DNA of 64,000 nt from Haliotis rubra. Lineage: Eukaryota. The notes under the pieces are model-generated. The model was not told where the DNA came from, made no database searches, and saw nothing but the letters and a program-made list of their open reading frames with translations. The translations under genes were made by a program, and so were the position numbers. Shown in pieces: positions 1-13,140 of the stretch; position 1 is the stretch's first letter, and every line of letters begins with the position of its first letter. The stretch is from positions 62,001 through 126,000 of the forward strand of contig NW_025767188.1 in NCBI RefSeq assembly GCF_003918875.1, written 5' to 3'.

Positions 1-13
1 ATACTGTAAGTGA
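1..13 (+). CDS. Last codons (Y-C-K-stop) of an upstream TRIM-NHL paralogue (copy 0); the gene body lies outside the window
   Basis: 1-~1470 is colinear with the 3' ends and flanks of the two TRIM genes (32598-34095 and 46452-47448). TAC TGT AAG TGA matches TGC TGT AAG TGA at the end of copy 1. Confidence 0.7.
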
Positions 14-164
14 GAGAACATGTCACAATCTCTTTCTGTATGTTAAATATAGATATATGTTACCTGGATAGATAGGATGTGATGCACTGTAGGAACATCT
101 GACTTTTGATGTGAACGTGACGAACGATACCTGTTGTAGAAAGACCCAGCTTGTAATATAATGA

Positions 165-325
165 GGGTTGATGGGGTAGCCTAGTGGTTAAAGCGTTCGG
201 TCGTCTCGCCGAAGACCCGGGTTTGATTCCTTACATGGGTACAATGTGTGAAGTCCATTTCTGGTGTCCTCTGACTTGATATTGCTGGAATATTGCTAAA
301 AGCGATATAAAACCATTCTCTCTCA
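165..325 (+). mobile_element. tRNA-derived SINE family A
   Basis: A-box/B-box head (TAGCCTAGTGG ... GGTTTGATTCC) and tail GCTGGAATATTGCTAAAAGCG. Other copies (approx.): 940-1060(-), 7470-7630(+), 9890-10040(-), 11759-11928(+), 11945-12056(-), 26305-26460(-), 27550-27650(-), 32760-32915(+), 33560-33685(-), 42150-42250(-), 46600-46735(+), 47040-47165(-). Confidence 0.85.
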
Positions 326-1499
326 CCTACTGGAATGTAATGTAATGTAAGCAGCCATTACTTCTACTTTATATTCAGATATATTGTCTCAATAACTATG
401 TGGTCCAAAATCATGTAGAATATTGATATTTTGAGTTGTAATGATTTTGAATCACTTTTTCTTTAAGTGACTTTGATGAACAATTTTTTTACAAAATTTA
501 CTGAATGGGTTGTAGGTCTTTTGGGATGTTTAACATCGGTTCTCACCCTCTCGACATGTTGTGTGATATGCATAGCAGGGAAATCGTCTCTGCTCACATT
601 GTATCAACTCTGTATAAGTTATTCTGATCACATTTATGCTGATGATGTTAACTCAGTGTTGGATACAAAAGCAGCCAAACTAGTTGGAGGATGAAATCAG
701 TAAAGAGCAGCCATTGTGGCCAACCGATCACCAGATAGATACAGTACTACCACTGCACACATACACATGAAATGTCTTGCCAACTTGTGACGTGTTGTGA
801 TGTTCGAACCGACAGGTCTGTCTGTTGAACAGCGGGTACGTGAGATTGACATGACAACTGAGTGGTCAAAAGGGAGATAAGTCGTTATGAGAAGTATATG
901 AAGAGCCATAAAATGTAACGAACGAATGAATAGTTTATCAGTGAGTTAGTTGCGGTTTTACGCTGCTTTTCACATTATTCCACACATTGTAATTTGTTGG
1001 GAATCGAACCCGGGTCTTCGTCGTGACGAACGAACACTTTAACCACTGGGTTACCAAGCCCCTATTTTATCACAATTTGTGAATAGTGTGCGTGTTATAA
1101 ATTGATACAAGCAGTGTTTATACCGACGTTTACAGTTATATACTCTCTGCCTCATATCATTCATTCACTTGATGGAGGAGTAAGAAACGTTGTGTTCCTC
1201 ATAATAAAGAAGTTGACATCGATAAAACTCTCTTCCTGATGTGTATCCCTTCTAAATGCCATCACAGACCTGATGTGTTACATGTACGTAGTGATGTCTG
1301 GCTCAGTATAGAACATTGCCATTTCCTTTGCTAATATGTTATACTACCCTTGCTATTGTTCTGCCTTTGAAATTTCAAATTATGATTTGTCTTGATTTGT
1401 AAACTGGGTTACTTTTATAATACAATTGTTAATTTGTTAAATGTATTACACTTGTTTGTTGTTTCACACTACACTAAACGCCAAAAGAAACGTTACCCT

Positions 1500-1721
1500 C
1501 CTTCCTTACTGAGAGAGGTACCTATCTTCAGCTGGCGTTGAGATGCGTGGACGTCCACTACTTGGTCTGTCTCCGGGGACCCCGAGTCTGTCTGAAGCCT
1601 TGAATAAGTCTTATAACCGTGATACCATGGCATCCGAGGGCGCTGGCAACAGCATTGTATGTCGACCCCATCTGCACCATTACAATGGCTCTTTCTCTCT
1701 CTTCAGCTGTTAATTGTGGCA
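1500..1721 (-). mobile_element. Tc1/mariner transposase N-terminal (paired-like HTH) fragment, frameshifted
   Basis: Manual translation: MPQLTAEERERAIVMVQMGSTYNAVASALGCH...TVIRLIQGFRQT/GDRPSSGRPRISTPAEDRYL, containing the Tc1 GRPR motif. Confidence 0.75.
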
Positions 1722-1814
1722 TATTTCTCGTACTTGTGTATCATATCATGCATTCTAGGTTCTCTTCATATCTTATAGAATCATTCTACATATGAAATGG
1801 ATGCAAATACTGCT

Positions 1815-2350
1815 CGACTCGAGATCTGTAGTCTTTCGTTACTGTTATACGTATGTAGCAATTTGTTATATAATTCATGGTGTATATACTCATATGTTTC
1901 CAACATTCCTTGTTTTGTCTTTTATCTGAACACGTTGTATGGTGTTTATGTTTTCAATACGTGTGTATACGTTCATGTTTTATTTACCTGTTATTTTGTA
2001 CTTGAGATGTCATTGTGATTGTTCTTGCAATAAATGTTTGAAAAAATGTTCTTTTCACATTATTTGTCAATAAATGACATCAAGACACAGAAGCCATACT
2101 CTGGGTAAGCACACTGTGCAATGTTTAGTATCGATCCCTGGATGCACATTTCAGAGATGCGGCGTACAACAATATCCACTCATTCCTTCTTTTGACCATC
2201 AGATCTTGCATCGTCCACTCATCTGTGGTGGACGCTAAATGATTTAAAAATTCATATCACATATTTATTATCGCATTACACAAAAAACTATCTATTTAAT
2301 GGACATCCAATTTCAGATTGTTTCCTAAATATCCGTTTTATAAAAGTTGG
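1815..2350 (+). repeat. Relic copy of the 3' flank/UTR of the intact ARF-like gene
   Basis: Colinear, highly similar match to 22270-22810 (ACTCGAGATCTGTAG...ATCCGTTTTA). Confidence 0.85.
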
Positions 2351-2728
2351 ATCGCGGTTTCCTTTATCGGTTTATGGGTGCGATGCAGCATTCGGTATTG
2401 GCATTGTACGCATTCTACCTCGACCCTGAAGAATTATTGCTTCTGATTCTGTCATTTCAACAGAACGGGCATTTCAAATTCCATTATTTCCCTCCAAAGT
2501 AGCAAGCCCATTGCCACTCAGGACATATGTAATATAGCGACCATTCATATTGCATGAGGACACTAGCTCGATAATGGATAACGGTCCTTTTGACTACAGG
2601 ATCTGGATAGTTAAAGCAGAAAAAGTTATCAAACGTTTAGAAGTTACAGTGAAGTTATAAAAATATGCTCTTAAAAATATCACTATCTGTAAATATTTTC
2701 ACTTGCTGAGAGATGGAGATGACGAAGA

Positions 2729-2860
2729 NNNNNNNNNNNNNNNNNNNNNNNNNNNNNNNNNNNNNNNNNNNNNNNNNNNNNNNNNNNNNNNNNNNNNNNN
2801 NNNNNNNNNNNNNNNNNNNNNNNNNNNNNNNNNNNNNNNNNNNNNNNNNNNNNNNNNNNN
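2729..2860. other. N gap or masked run (others at 3924-4063, 34182-34347, 47449-47618)
   Basis: Runs of N, mostly next to simple repeats. Confidence 0.95.
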
Positions 2861-3329
2861 ACTACAACAATGCTACTATTACTACTTCACCAATTCTAAG
2901 TAGAATAGTTACTAGAGAATCATTCATTCAAGAGGGGGTCATAAAAATAACACGCATATTTGGAGAGCGTCATTATATAGAAGAAATCACTAATCGTACC
3001 CCTAACAGTCAATTATAAAAGTTGTCAAGGCGCTTGGAAGAAACAAACCCTAATAATCCCTAATTCCCTTATCCTTGGTAGGTATACATTGTGCTCTATT
3101 TTTATTTCTCAGACAGGGCTAGGGACTGTTAAGATCCAAGGGGCGTAACTCTAGTCGCACTGAGTCATTAGTGGTGCAATAACTTTACCTTCGTTGGTAT
3201 GTGTTGTCAATGTTGGAGGTAGATTGTAATTGACCATGTATGGGATTCAAAACGGGCGATAATTGCAGTATCGACCAGGTGTGTTCTATATTTAGCAACG
3301 ATTACAACTGTGACAAATTCGCTTGGATT

Positions 3330-3475
3330 ATAAACAGTGGAGCGGCGGGGAGAGAATGTACTGTTTGAGGAAGTAAACAGCGGAAACTTGCAGGAATCTC
3401 ATCTTGAAGAAGAGTAGCATCGCTCAGCAGTCAGCCGAAGCCGAGGCTAAAAATAACCCACTAACGACTCGCCAG
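3330..3475 (+). promoter_or_regulatory. Probable promoter and non-coding first exon of the DUSP gene
   Basis: CpG-richer patch ending in a consensus donor CCAG|GTAAGT at 3475/3476. The next exon has an acceptor TTCCAG ending at 4970, just upstream of the ATG. Confidence 0.5.
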
Positions 3476-4604
3476 GTAAGTCAGCGTTACGAACAGATCC
3501 TAGAAGGTTTCATTTAAAGATAAACCCCCAAACCAAAGTTGACCCCGCAAAGAGCGACTTTCAGTGGAAAGCCAGTGTACAATTCGGTAGTGTTATTAAA
3601 GTAATAGTATCGTGCAGATTCATCCAGACAGTTAAATATACTGTTAACGAATCGATATTCATTGGAAAATTGAAATGACATTCATAATATATTCTGTGCT
3701 GTGTACCAAACAGTACATGACTCAACACATAACTATATAGCTACTATTCTATACTGTACCAACAAACCCCTTAATGAGGACTTGTTTGTTCTTCCGGAAT
3801 ATTAGTGGTTATGGGTCCACACACATTCACCGCTGAGGATTAAGCTTGACCTCTTGTTAGCTGTCATGATAATGTAGTATAAGCATTATGATAATATTAT
3901 AATGTTTACATTGCTTAACAAATNNNNNNNNNNNNNNNNNNNNNNNNNNNNNNNNNNNNNNNNNNNNNNNNNNNNNNNNNNNNNNNNNNNNNNNNNNNNN
4001 NNNNNNNNNNNNNNNNNNNNNNNNNNNNNNNNNNNNNNNNNNNNNNNNNNNNNNNNNNNNNNNGGCATACAGTAGAAACCCTCTTATCTTATGGAGGCCT
4101 TGAGCCATATTATCAGTAACACAAACACACAATACACAAATAGAAATAAATTTACATTGCCTTCAATGTCCTTAGATATAGACCACAAGAAATGTTATTA
4201 TTTATGTTCAGCCACAAATCCCTGTGAATCCATGTTGCCTGTGCAAATGAAATATGGGCAGTCCAAGTTTTTGGCAAATGGGAAAAATGTCAGTATTACG
4301 TGCAGCGTTGTTACAGTTAATCCTGGATTATCACTGATTGATCGGTTTTAATTTCCATTGAAAGATTAATTAGGTGATTGATTGTCATAATTCATCACCA
4401 TTTTTCTGAATAGCTAAACTGTTTGTATTAAATTTGTAGTATTCCAACCACAATGTTGTTGCGTTAATAATATAACCAGTCTCCATTTTCTGAATGGAAT
4501 AGATTTTCCTCACTCTGCTATTGTGGAGGGAGAAGATACACAGAAGCCTAACTGTGGTATGTTTACATATTTATACCAAAGTATGCATTTGTCATCCACC
4601 ATTC

Positions 4605-4873
4605 GACCCGTGAAGATCCGGGGTAGAATAGGTCTTCAGCAACCCATGCCTGCCATAAAAGGCGACTGTGCTTGTCGTAAGAGGAGACTAACGGGATCAG
4701 GTGGTCAGGCTTTCTGACTTGGTTGACACATGTCATCGGTTCCCAATTGCGCAGATCGATGCTCATGCTGTTGATCACTGGGTTGTCTGGTCCGGATTTG
4801 ATTATTTACACACCGCCGCCATATAGCTGGAATATTGCTGAGTGCGGTATAAAACTAAACTCACTCACTCACT
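4605..4873 (+). mobile_element. SINE family B (GACCCGTGAAGATCC... body with CTTGTCGTAAGAGG(C/A)GACT motif and (CACT)n tail)
   Basis: Repeated at about 8050-8333(-), 25343-25570(-), 26573-26813(-), 34670-34810(+), 38990-39235(-), 48050-48180(+), 52025-52265(-). Shares its 3' tail with family A. Confidence 0.8.
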
Positions 4874-4982
4874 TATCCACCATTCTTTCTTGCTGACATG
4901 GGTGATGTATGACGACTATGTAAGGGAGGTGTCCACGACCTGTGTATGATATTGTTACATATACTTCCAGTTCCGCCTTGCA

Positions 4983-7900
4983 ATGACGTCACATGATCCA
5001 GACTTGTTGCGTGAGGTACGAGAGTATCTTCATTCCAACAACGATGCTATGACCTCCAAGCCGATCCCCCAGGGAGCCTATAGTCTGTTTAGCTTCCCTG
5101 CCACCCCCAAACACAAGCATGATGAAGTGTACCCAGGGATTATCCTCGGTGACCAGTAAGTCAAAGTAATCTTTGGTTCACGTTTCACTGTCTTTGTTTC
5201 CTCTCTGATGGGAATTCTGGGTAAGAAAATGTACCTGCTGTGATGTAACACATGCTATGTTTGGGATTACACTTTCTCAGTAAAGTATTCTAGTACTTGT
5301 CCTCCCTCATCATCATCATCATCCCCCCTCATCATCATCCCCCCTCATCATCCCCCCTCATCATCATCATTCACCCTCATCATTCCCTCCTCATCATCAT
5401 CATCCACCCTCATCATCATCCCCCTCATCATCATCCATCATCCTCATCATCATCATCCCTCATCATCCACCTCATCATTCCCCTCATCATCATCATCCAC
5501 CCATCATCATCATCCCCCTCATCATCCATCCTCATCATCATCACCCTCATCATCCACCATCATCTCTTCATCATCCACCTCCTCATCATCATCATCCACC
5601 CTCATCATCCTCCCCTCATCATCATCATCCATCCCCTCATCATCATCATCCCCTCATGATCCACCCTCATTATTCCCCTCTCATCATCATCATCCACCCC
5701 TCATCATCATCATCCCCCTCATCATCATCCCACCCTCATCATCATCCATCCCTCATCATCATCCACCCCCATCATCCCCCCTCATCATCATCCCCCATCA
5801 TCATCACCCCTCATCATCCACCCTCATCATCCCCATCCATCCACCCCTCATCAGCATCCACCCTCATCATCCCCCTCATCATCCCCTCTCATCATCATCA
5901 TCATCTCACCCTCATCATCGTCATCCCTCATCATCCATCCTCATCATCCCCATCATCATCATCCCCCTCATCATCATCATCCACGTCCTCATCATCATCA
6001 TCCCTCCTCATCATCATCATCCCTCATCATCATCATCCTCATCATCATCATCCTCATCATCATCCCCCGTCTCATCATCATCCATCCCTCTCATCATCAT
6101 CATCATCATCATCCACCATCATCATCATCGTCCTCATCATCATCTTCATCCACCCTCATCATCATCATCAATGGTTCCCTCATCATCCACCCTCATCATC
6201 ATCATCATCCCTCATCATCCACCCTCATCATCATCATCATCTCATCATCCACCCTCTGCATCATCCACCATCATCATCATCATCCACCCTCATCGTTCCC
6301 CATCATCATCATCATCCACCCTCATCATCATCATCCCTCATCATCCACCCTCATCATTCCCCTCATCATCATCATCACCACCATCATCATCATCATCCAC
6401 CCTCATCACCTCATCATCATCATCACCCTCATCCCTCATCATCCATCCCTCATCATCATCATCCCCCTCATCATCCACCCTCATTATCATCATCATCCAC
6501 CCTCATCCACCTTCATCATCACCCTCATCATCATCATCCACCACCATCATTATCATCACCCTCACCCTCATCACGCTCATCATCCACCCTCATCATCATC
6601 ATCATCACCCTCATCAACCACCCTCATCTCATCATCATTATCCACCCTCATCCATCAGCCACCCTCATCATCATCATGCCCCTCATCGTTTCCCCTCTCA
6701 TCATCATCCACCCTCATCATCATCCATCATCCACCCTCATCATCACCATCATCCATCATCATCCATCATCCACCCTCATCATTATCATCATCCACCCACA
6801 TCATCCACCCTCATCATCATCCACCCTCATCATCAACCACCCTCATCCATCATCCACCCTCATCATCATCATCATCATCCTCATCATCATCATCACCCCT
6901 CATCATCATTCCCCTCATCATCCACCCTCATCATCCACCCTCATCATCCACCACATCATCCACCCTCATCATCATCCACCCTCATCATCACTTATCATCC
7001 ACCCACATCATCCACCCTCATCATCCACCCCTCATCATCATCACATCATCACCCACCCTCATCATCATCATCATCATCATCCTCATCATCCACCCTCATC
7101 ATCATCATCCACCCTCATCATCATCATCCCCCTCATCATCCACCCTCAACATCATCATCCACCCTCATCATCCACCCATATCATCCACCCATATCATCAT
7201 CATTCTCCCTCATCATCCACCCTCATCATCTTTAAATGTTTTATACCTGTCTGAAATGGCTTCATGGTTTCAGGAGAAATTATGTGTTTCATTTAAAAAC
7301 AAAAGTTTTCTCCAAAATGTTAAAGACCAGTTACCTTGAACCTGATATATGAAATAGTCACAATATGTAGCCTTGTCGAGACATATTGCTGCCAACAGCT
7401 TGTAAACAAACTGTGACTCCAACATTATTTTCCCAATATATTCTATTTGATTGTAATTCATAAAATTAAAGGGGCAGTGGGGTAGGCTTGTTAAAGTGTT
7501 TGCACATCACACTGAAGACCCGGGTTCGATTCCCCACGTGGGCACTATGTGTGAAGCCCCTTTCAGGTGCCACCCGCAGTGATATTGCTGGACACTGATT
7601 AAAGTGGTGTTAAACTCACTCACTCACTCATTCATAAAACCAAAACATGCATAAACTTTATGATTTAGAATGTATTGCGCAAAAGGGTCACAAACACAAA
7701 AAAATCATGTTTATCCTGTTTTTATCTCTGCTGTGTTGTAGCTCGGCGGCCCGGAGCAAGGAGGACTTGAAGGAGATGGGCATCACACACGTGGTCAACA
7801 CCTGTATGGGAGCCAAGTTCAATATGATTGACACAAGTGCTGAATATTTTAGTGATGTTGGAATCAAGTTTTTTGGTTTCCCTGGGAAGGACATTTTTAC

Positions 7901-9551
7901 ATACAACCTGAGTCAGCACTTTGAGAAGGCAGCTGATTTCATTGACAAAGCTCTTGCAGACAATGGTGAGTTTTCAAGGAATATGAACATAGATTGGGTT
8001 GTACTGTCTTAGGTATTCATCTGGGATTTCATGTTATTAAATGAAGTTAGTGAGTGAGTGAGTGAGTGAGTGAGTGAGTTTAGTTTTATACCGCACTCAG
8101 CAATATCCAAGCTATATGGCGGCATCTGTAAATAATCGAGTCTGGACCAGACAATCCAGTGATCAACAACATGAGCATCAATTTGCGCAATTGGGAACCG
8201 ATGACATGTGTCAACCAAGTCAGCGAAACTGACCACCCGATCCCGTTAGTCACCTCTTAAGACAAGCATAGTCGTCTTTTATGGCAAGCACATGGGTTGA
8301 CGAAGATCTATTCTACCCCGGATCTTCACGGGTCTATTAAATGAAGTGATGTAAACTTGATGCTCATCTGTATTGATCTTGTTATCACAGGAATGCAAAA
8401 AAAAATCAAAAAGAATGTTTGGAACTATGGTTACATGGAATAGGATTTAAATGCAATGGAGCAGTTAATACTGAAAATTGCTACAGACTTAGGGACCGTT
8501 CATAACCTGTGACTAGAGGGGTTGGTGATGATTTTGAAGGGGATGTCATCAAGTTTCAACACATGTACTGGGGAGTTTGTACATCAGTAAATTAAAAGAT
8601 TATGCTTTAAAATTATAAAAAGGGGGTTGGGTAACTCACTTTGTACATGACATGCTAGGGGTGGAGGTGGGGGACACTTACTTTGTAAATAAATTTAGAG
8701 GGGTTGGGGGGTACAGTGTACATGCTTCTCGATAAAAATCATCCTCCTCCTCCCTAGCCATGAATTATGAATGGTCCCTTAGGGGAGAATATTGGCCTTT
8801 TGGGAGGTCAAGATAGAGTACTTCAAAACTGAACATCTTGTTTTCTGATCATGAAAGACTGCGGGTGGATTGTGGGTGGGGGTATGTCCCAAGTAAGAGG
8901 CATTGAGGAGTTAGCTCCCTTAGACATGCCTGGTCCCAAAGATCATGAGTTCGAATCCAGATTAGCCTGTGACTCCAGATTTGTTTGCTCCATACTCATG
9001 GGTTTCCCTTAAGTGGTAGGCATCTAAGATCTGCATCACTGTGGCAGTCCTCCAAATGTGTTGACTTGTCAGGACATAACTGGGACATTATCCAGGATCC
9101 CAAACTAAGGACCCATGGCAGGCAAATTGGATAAAAATTGTGACTGGGATAAAACAGAAATTCATGACCTTATGTGATAAATTCTGAGGCATTGGGAAAT
9201 TGTTTATCTGGAATTTTTACTGTCATTTGCTGGAGACATGGAATAAGTGTCAGTCACTGAGCAGATCTGGATAAATCCTTGAAATTCTGTTTAGAGCAAT
9301 GAACCAAACTCACTGACTGTGTGTTCTGCAACTTGTCTTTGTTCTGTTGTCCAGGGAAGATCTACATCCATTGTATGCAGGGCATCAGCAGATCAGGGTC
9401 CACAGTATTGGCATTTCTCATGTTGAAGCGCGATATGCCTCTGAAAGAGGCTGTGAAATTAGTTCGAGCCAAGCGAGAGATCTTCCCCAATGACGGCTTT
9501 CTAAAACAGCTGTGTGAGCTCAACAAGAAGTTGCACGAGAAGCCATCTTGA
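4983..9551 (+). CDS. Atypical dual-specificity protein phosphatase, DUSP3/DUPD1/DUSP13-like, 197 aa; exons 4983-5155, 7742-7965, 9355-9551
   Basis: GT-AG introns with consistent phases (173+224+197 = 594 nt). Motifs DEVYPGIILGD, GITHVVN, general-acid D in GKD, catalytic loop IHCMQGISRS, and REIFPNDGFLKQL. Confidence 0.93.
5300..7230. repeat. About 1.9-kb degenerate (TCA)n / CCACCCTCATCA low-complexity tract in a DUSP intron
   Basis: Directly visible; it generates the spurious His/Ser/Ile-rich ORFs. Confidence 0.95.
8492..8778. mobile_element. MITE, probably PIF/Harbinger-type
   Basis: Terminal inverted repeats GGGACCGTTCATAA / TTATGAATGGTCCC, flanked by TTA on both sides (3-bp TSD). Confidence 0.65.
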
Positions 9552-11121
9552 CGTCTGCTGAATCCATATAGTGACTTGAGTGTACAGACCTACATATCAA
9601 TCATGTCCAGACCATAATGAGATTGGTAGAGGATTGAAACTCAATTCCTTTTCTACTCCCTCTGTACCTGTACTTTCTTATGTTTTCCTTTTCAAGGGAT
9701 TATGAGTAACACAGTGATTTAAGTGTTCGCTTGTCACATAGAAGATCTGGGTTTGATTCCTCACAAAAGCCCATTTCTGTGATATTTGAGAATGTCCTAG
9801 GTTGTATGAGGGCCATGTCAGGGACACTGTGACAATCTATCCTGGTTTCATCAGCATCAGGGCGTACTGGGCTGTGTAAGAGTGAATGTTTCAGTTTAGT
9901 TTTACACCGCTTTTAGCAATATTCTAGCAATATCATTGCGGAGTACAACAGAAATTGGCTTCACACATTATACCCAAGGGAATCGAACTCGGGTCTTTGG
10001 CGTGATGAGCGAACACTTTAACCACTAGGTTACCCCACAGCTTATGTTGTTTGAGAATTTCCTGAGTTCCATCAAAGCATTTGAATGGCTTTGGTACTTT
10101 CAGGGACATTGTTGAAAATGTTATTAAATTTGTTATTAAACTTGACTGACATTCTCACTTCGTAATTCTTCTAACAATTAAGCTTTAATAATTTGTTGAT
10201 AGATATTTTGGCATCTATTTTGATTACTGTTTCCATGGAACATATTTTACTGAGCGTAATTAGCTTTACTGGATAAATATCAGTGTTATTTTATTGAAAT
10301 GTATGTTTTGTTACCATGTTGATCTGTTGTTGGAGAGAAACCCTCTCGTGGGGCCTTTCGTGTGTTTGTATTTGAACCAGCAAATGAATCAGAACCAGCA
10401 AATGGGGGCACATGTTGTTTACGGTGCCTCAAATCGCTGCAGAGATTTTTGTGTGTGTTTGCACTTAGGTGGAGCAATAAACAAAATGGATTTGAAGACT
10501 TAACAAAAATAACTTCAGTATTACAGAACATGAACATAGGTTATTGTGAAAAAATGTTTTGAATTAAATATTTTATTGAAAATTTTATTTTAAAAAATGT
10601 TTTGATCCTATGCACACGCTCACAGAAATCGGTAGCTCCTCAATTCACTAATCAATTACTTCATGTTGTACAGTGCACAGATTTGTGATCATGTTGATTT
10701 AATGCAAAGATGTCTTCACTGTAGGAATACAGGTTATCTTCAGCAACAATAGTTGTGTAATGGGATGTTTATTTATCCGTGGAGATTCTCTTTGTAATAA
10801 CCCATGAACAAATTCATTTGGAAACATTTTAAATTGTTGTTTTTTTAACAGACGTGCCTTTCAAAGTCGCGTATATATATCACAAGGGAGACAACTCTGT
10901 CTGCCTCGGCAACGCATATCGAGCTGGGTTGCTGTCTGTGGTAATAGTCAGTGAAGTGAGACTAACTTGGAGCATGTCTCAGTAACAGAGCCTTCATGAA
11001 TAGATCAGTTAATCCTTGCTATCAGCTGGGGCGTAACTTGCAGTCTTTAAAGGGCATTTAGAAATTGGAAGAACATGAATGCATGACACTTTTTATGGAT
11101 AACAGATTCTTTTTTTATTCT

Positions 11122-11169
11122 CTATCACAACATTTCAAAGCTAATTCTTGCTCCTTCATCAGGTGATAG
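11122..11169 (-). ncRNA. Minimal type I hammerhead ribozyme-like motif, Penelope-like retroelement remnant
   Basis: Minus strand reads CTATCAC-CTGATGA-AGGAGC aagaatta GCTTT-GAAA-TGTT-GTGATAG: 7-bp stem I, CUGAUGA and GAAA cores, hairpin stem II, minimal stem III, then AATAAA. Confidence 0.6.
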
Positions 11170-12807
11170 GGTGTAACATGTATGTTGATCAGTCAACCCT
11201 TGCTATCAGTTGAGGTGCAACATGCATGTTGCCCAGTTCACTCTTGCTGTTAGCGCCTATGTTGCCCAGTTAACTCTTGCCTGCAGGGATAACCAGATGT
11301 TGTAGTAAACGGCCAGTGATTCTCTCAGGTCTGTGACTTTTCCATGTTCCAAGGTGCCTGTCTCACCTCTCAGAGCATTATCAGGTTTCAGTGTTGTCAC
11401 TTTTGGCAGGGAGAATAGAAGACGTTGTAGGTTATCCCTGTGGGTTAGTTCTGTGTTGTTTTATATCTATTTTCCTCTTACTCATGTTTAATACATTTTT
11501 ACAAAATCACTAATATGCTGGATATAAAATATATTGTATCTCGTACATTTTTACGAATAAATATGTTTCCTACTTGTCATTGTTTAATATTACTCAGGAT
11601 AGACTCAGGATAGACTCCATTGTAAGTTAACATTGAATGACTTATAACCTCCCTGTTGATGTCATGGGGACGTGTCAATTTCACGTCAAGCCTTTCTCCC
11701 ACTGGGATACTGTTCCAAGTTGCACAATCAAACAGTACTGATGTACTCTCATAACGTAGGGGCGATGGGGTAGTCTAGTGGTTAAAGCGTTGGCTCGTCG
11801 CGCCGAAGACCCGGGTTCGAATCCCCACATGGTTACAATGAGTGAAGCCCATTTCTGGTGTCCCCCACCGTGATATTGCTGGAATATTGCTAAAAGCGGC
11901 GTAAAACCAAACTCAGTCAGTCAGTCTAATAACGTAACCCTAGACTGACTGACTGACTGAGTTTAGTTTTACGCCGCTTTTTAGCAATATTCCAGCAATA
12001 TCACGGCGGGGGACACCAGAAATGAGCTTAACACATTGTGCCCATGTGGGGAATCGTAACCCTAGACTTCATGAAGGCAACCTAATACACTGGGCCCATA
12101 CAAAGAAATCAATCTTAACGAAAAGGATGATCGTAACTCCTCCCATCCTTTAACACAAATTTACGACATACATACAGTTGCGTCCCTTAGCTGACAATGA
12201 TCCGACGATCGTAGGTTCGAATTCACCTTGATTATCTTTGATTGGTCAGCACCATATGTGTTCCTTCCATATTGAATCGACACACTGTGATGTACCAAAG
12301 GACGGTATCCGGTATCTATATATATCTGTTGAAAGTGGAAAAAGCTATCTGTAATCGCTTCTTAAATAGTCCAAGTATTACTTAATTGAACAAGACCGTA
12401 AAACGCGACTGAATTAAACAGTTTACTGTATAAGTGGGTACAGAGTGTTGAAGAGATTTTACCCTCAACAGCATAATGTGGCCCATGTTCCCAAGGGTAC
12501 TTAGATGCAGATTGGATGGTTATATTGTGTTTCATGTACACAGTCTACCCTGGTTATAACACCAAACTGGTTATAACGCACAACATTGCCAGCAAGGATT
12601 TCCCACCACTACAGTTCCCTGGCTATGACGTCACAACCTTTCGCTGAACAAATGTTCCAGTTCCAATTCTATATGCTGCCAGTTCCTTTTGCCAGGTGGT
12701 CAACTTCAACACATCGTCTGCTTGGAGTAGGTGATTATTCAGGAAGTGTGCAAAGTTTTAAACCTTCCTTAAGCTGATTAACAGCCCGTACTCATTCACT
12801 CACATAC

Positions 12808-13140
12808 GAGACCGCCTCCGTGGTGTAGTGGTTAGAGCGTCCGCACGATCCCCGACCGCGTCATACCAAAAGACGTTAAAGTATGGTACTTGTTGGTCCT
12901 TGCCTTGCGCTCGGCATTAATGGGTCCAACAAGGACTGGTCGGCTCGGAGTCAGTATAATGTGTCTGAGTGGGGTATTCATGCTTCACTGCGGCATGGTA
13001 TCTCAGTGGGCTAGCACTATAAAACTAGCTTAAGTCTGGGCTAGTACAAGCAGCCGCACTTACACATACACACGCATCCACGTCGTCATATGAGCGAAAT
13101 ATTCTCAAGTACGACGGAAAACCCAATTTCACCTCAGCTC
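12808..13140 (+). mobile_element. SINE family C, tRNA head plus V-domain-like core (resembles mollusc RUDI V-SINE)
   Basis: Core GGTCGGCTCGGAGTCAGTATAATGTGTCTGAGTGG...CAGTGGGCTAGCACTATAAAA. 13-bp TSD TCACTCACATACG (12796-12808 / 13139-13151). Other copies at 39940-40346(-) and 55195-55534(-). Confidence 0.8.

Noticed and set aside
5297-7254. 532-aa, 354-aa and 120-aa His/Pro/Ser/Ile-rich ORFs
   Set aside because: Translations of an intronic (TCA)n tract, open in all plus frames, with no real start or splice context.
11759-11830. tRNA gene calls at SINE heads
   Set aside because: The A/B boxes run straight into the SINE body and tail, have TSDs, and occur in many diverged copies.
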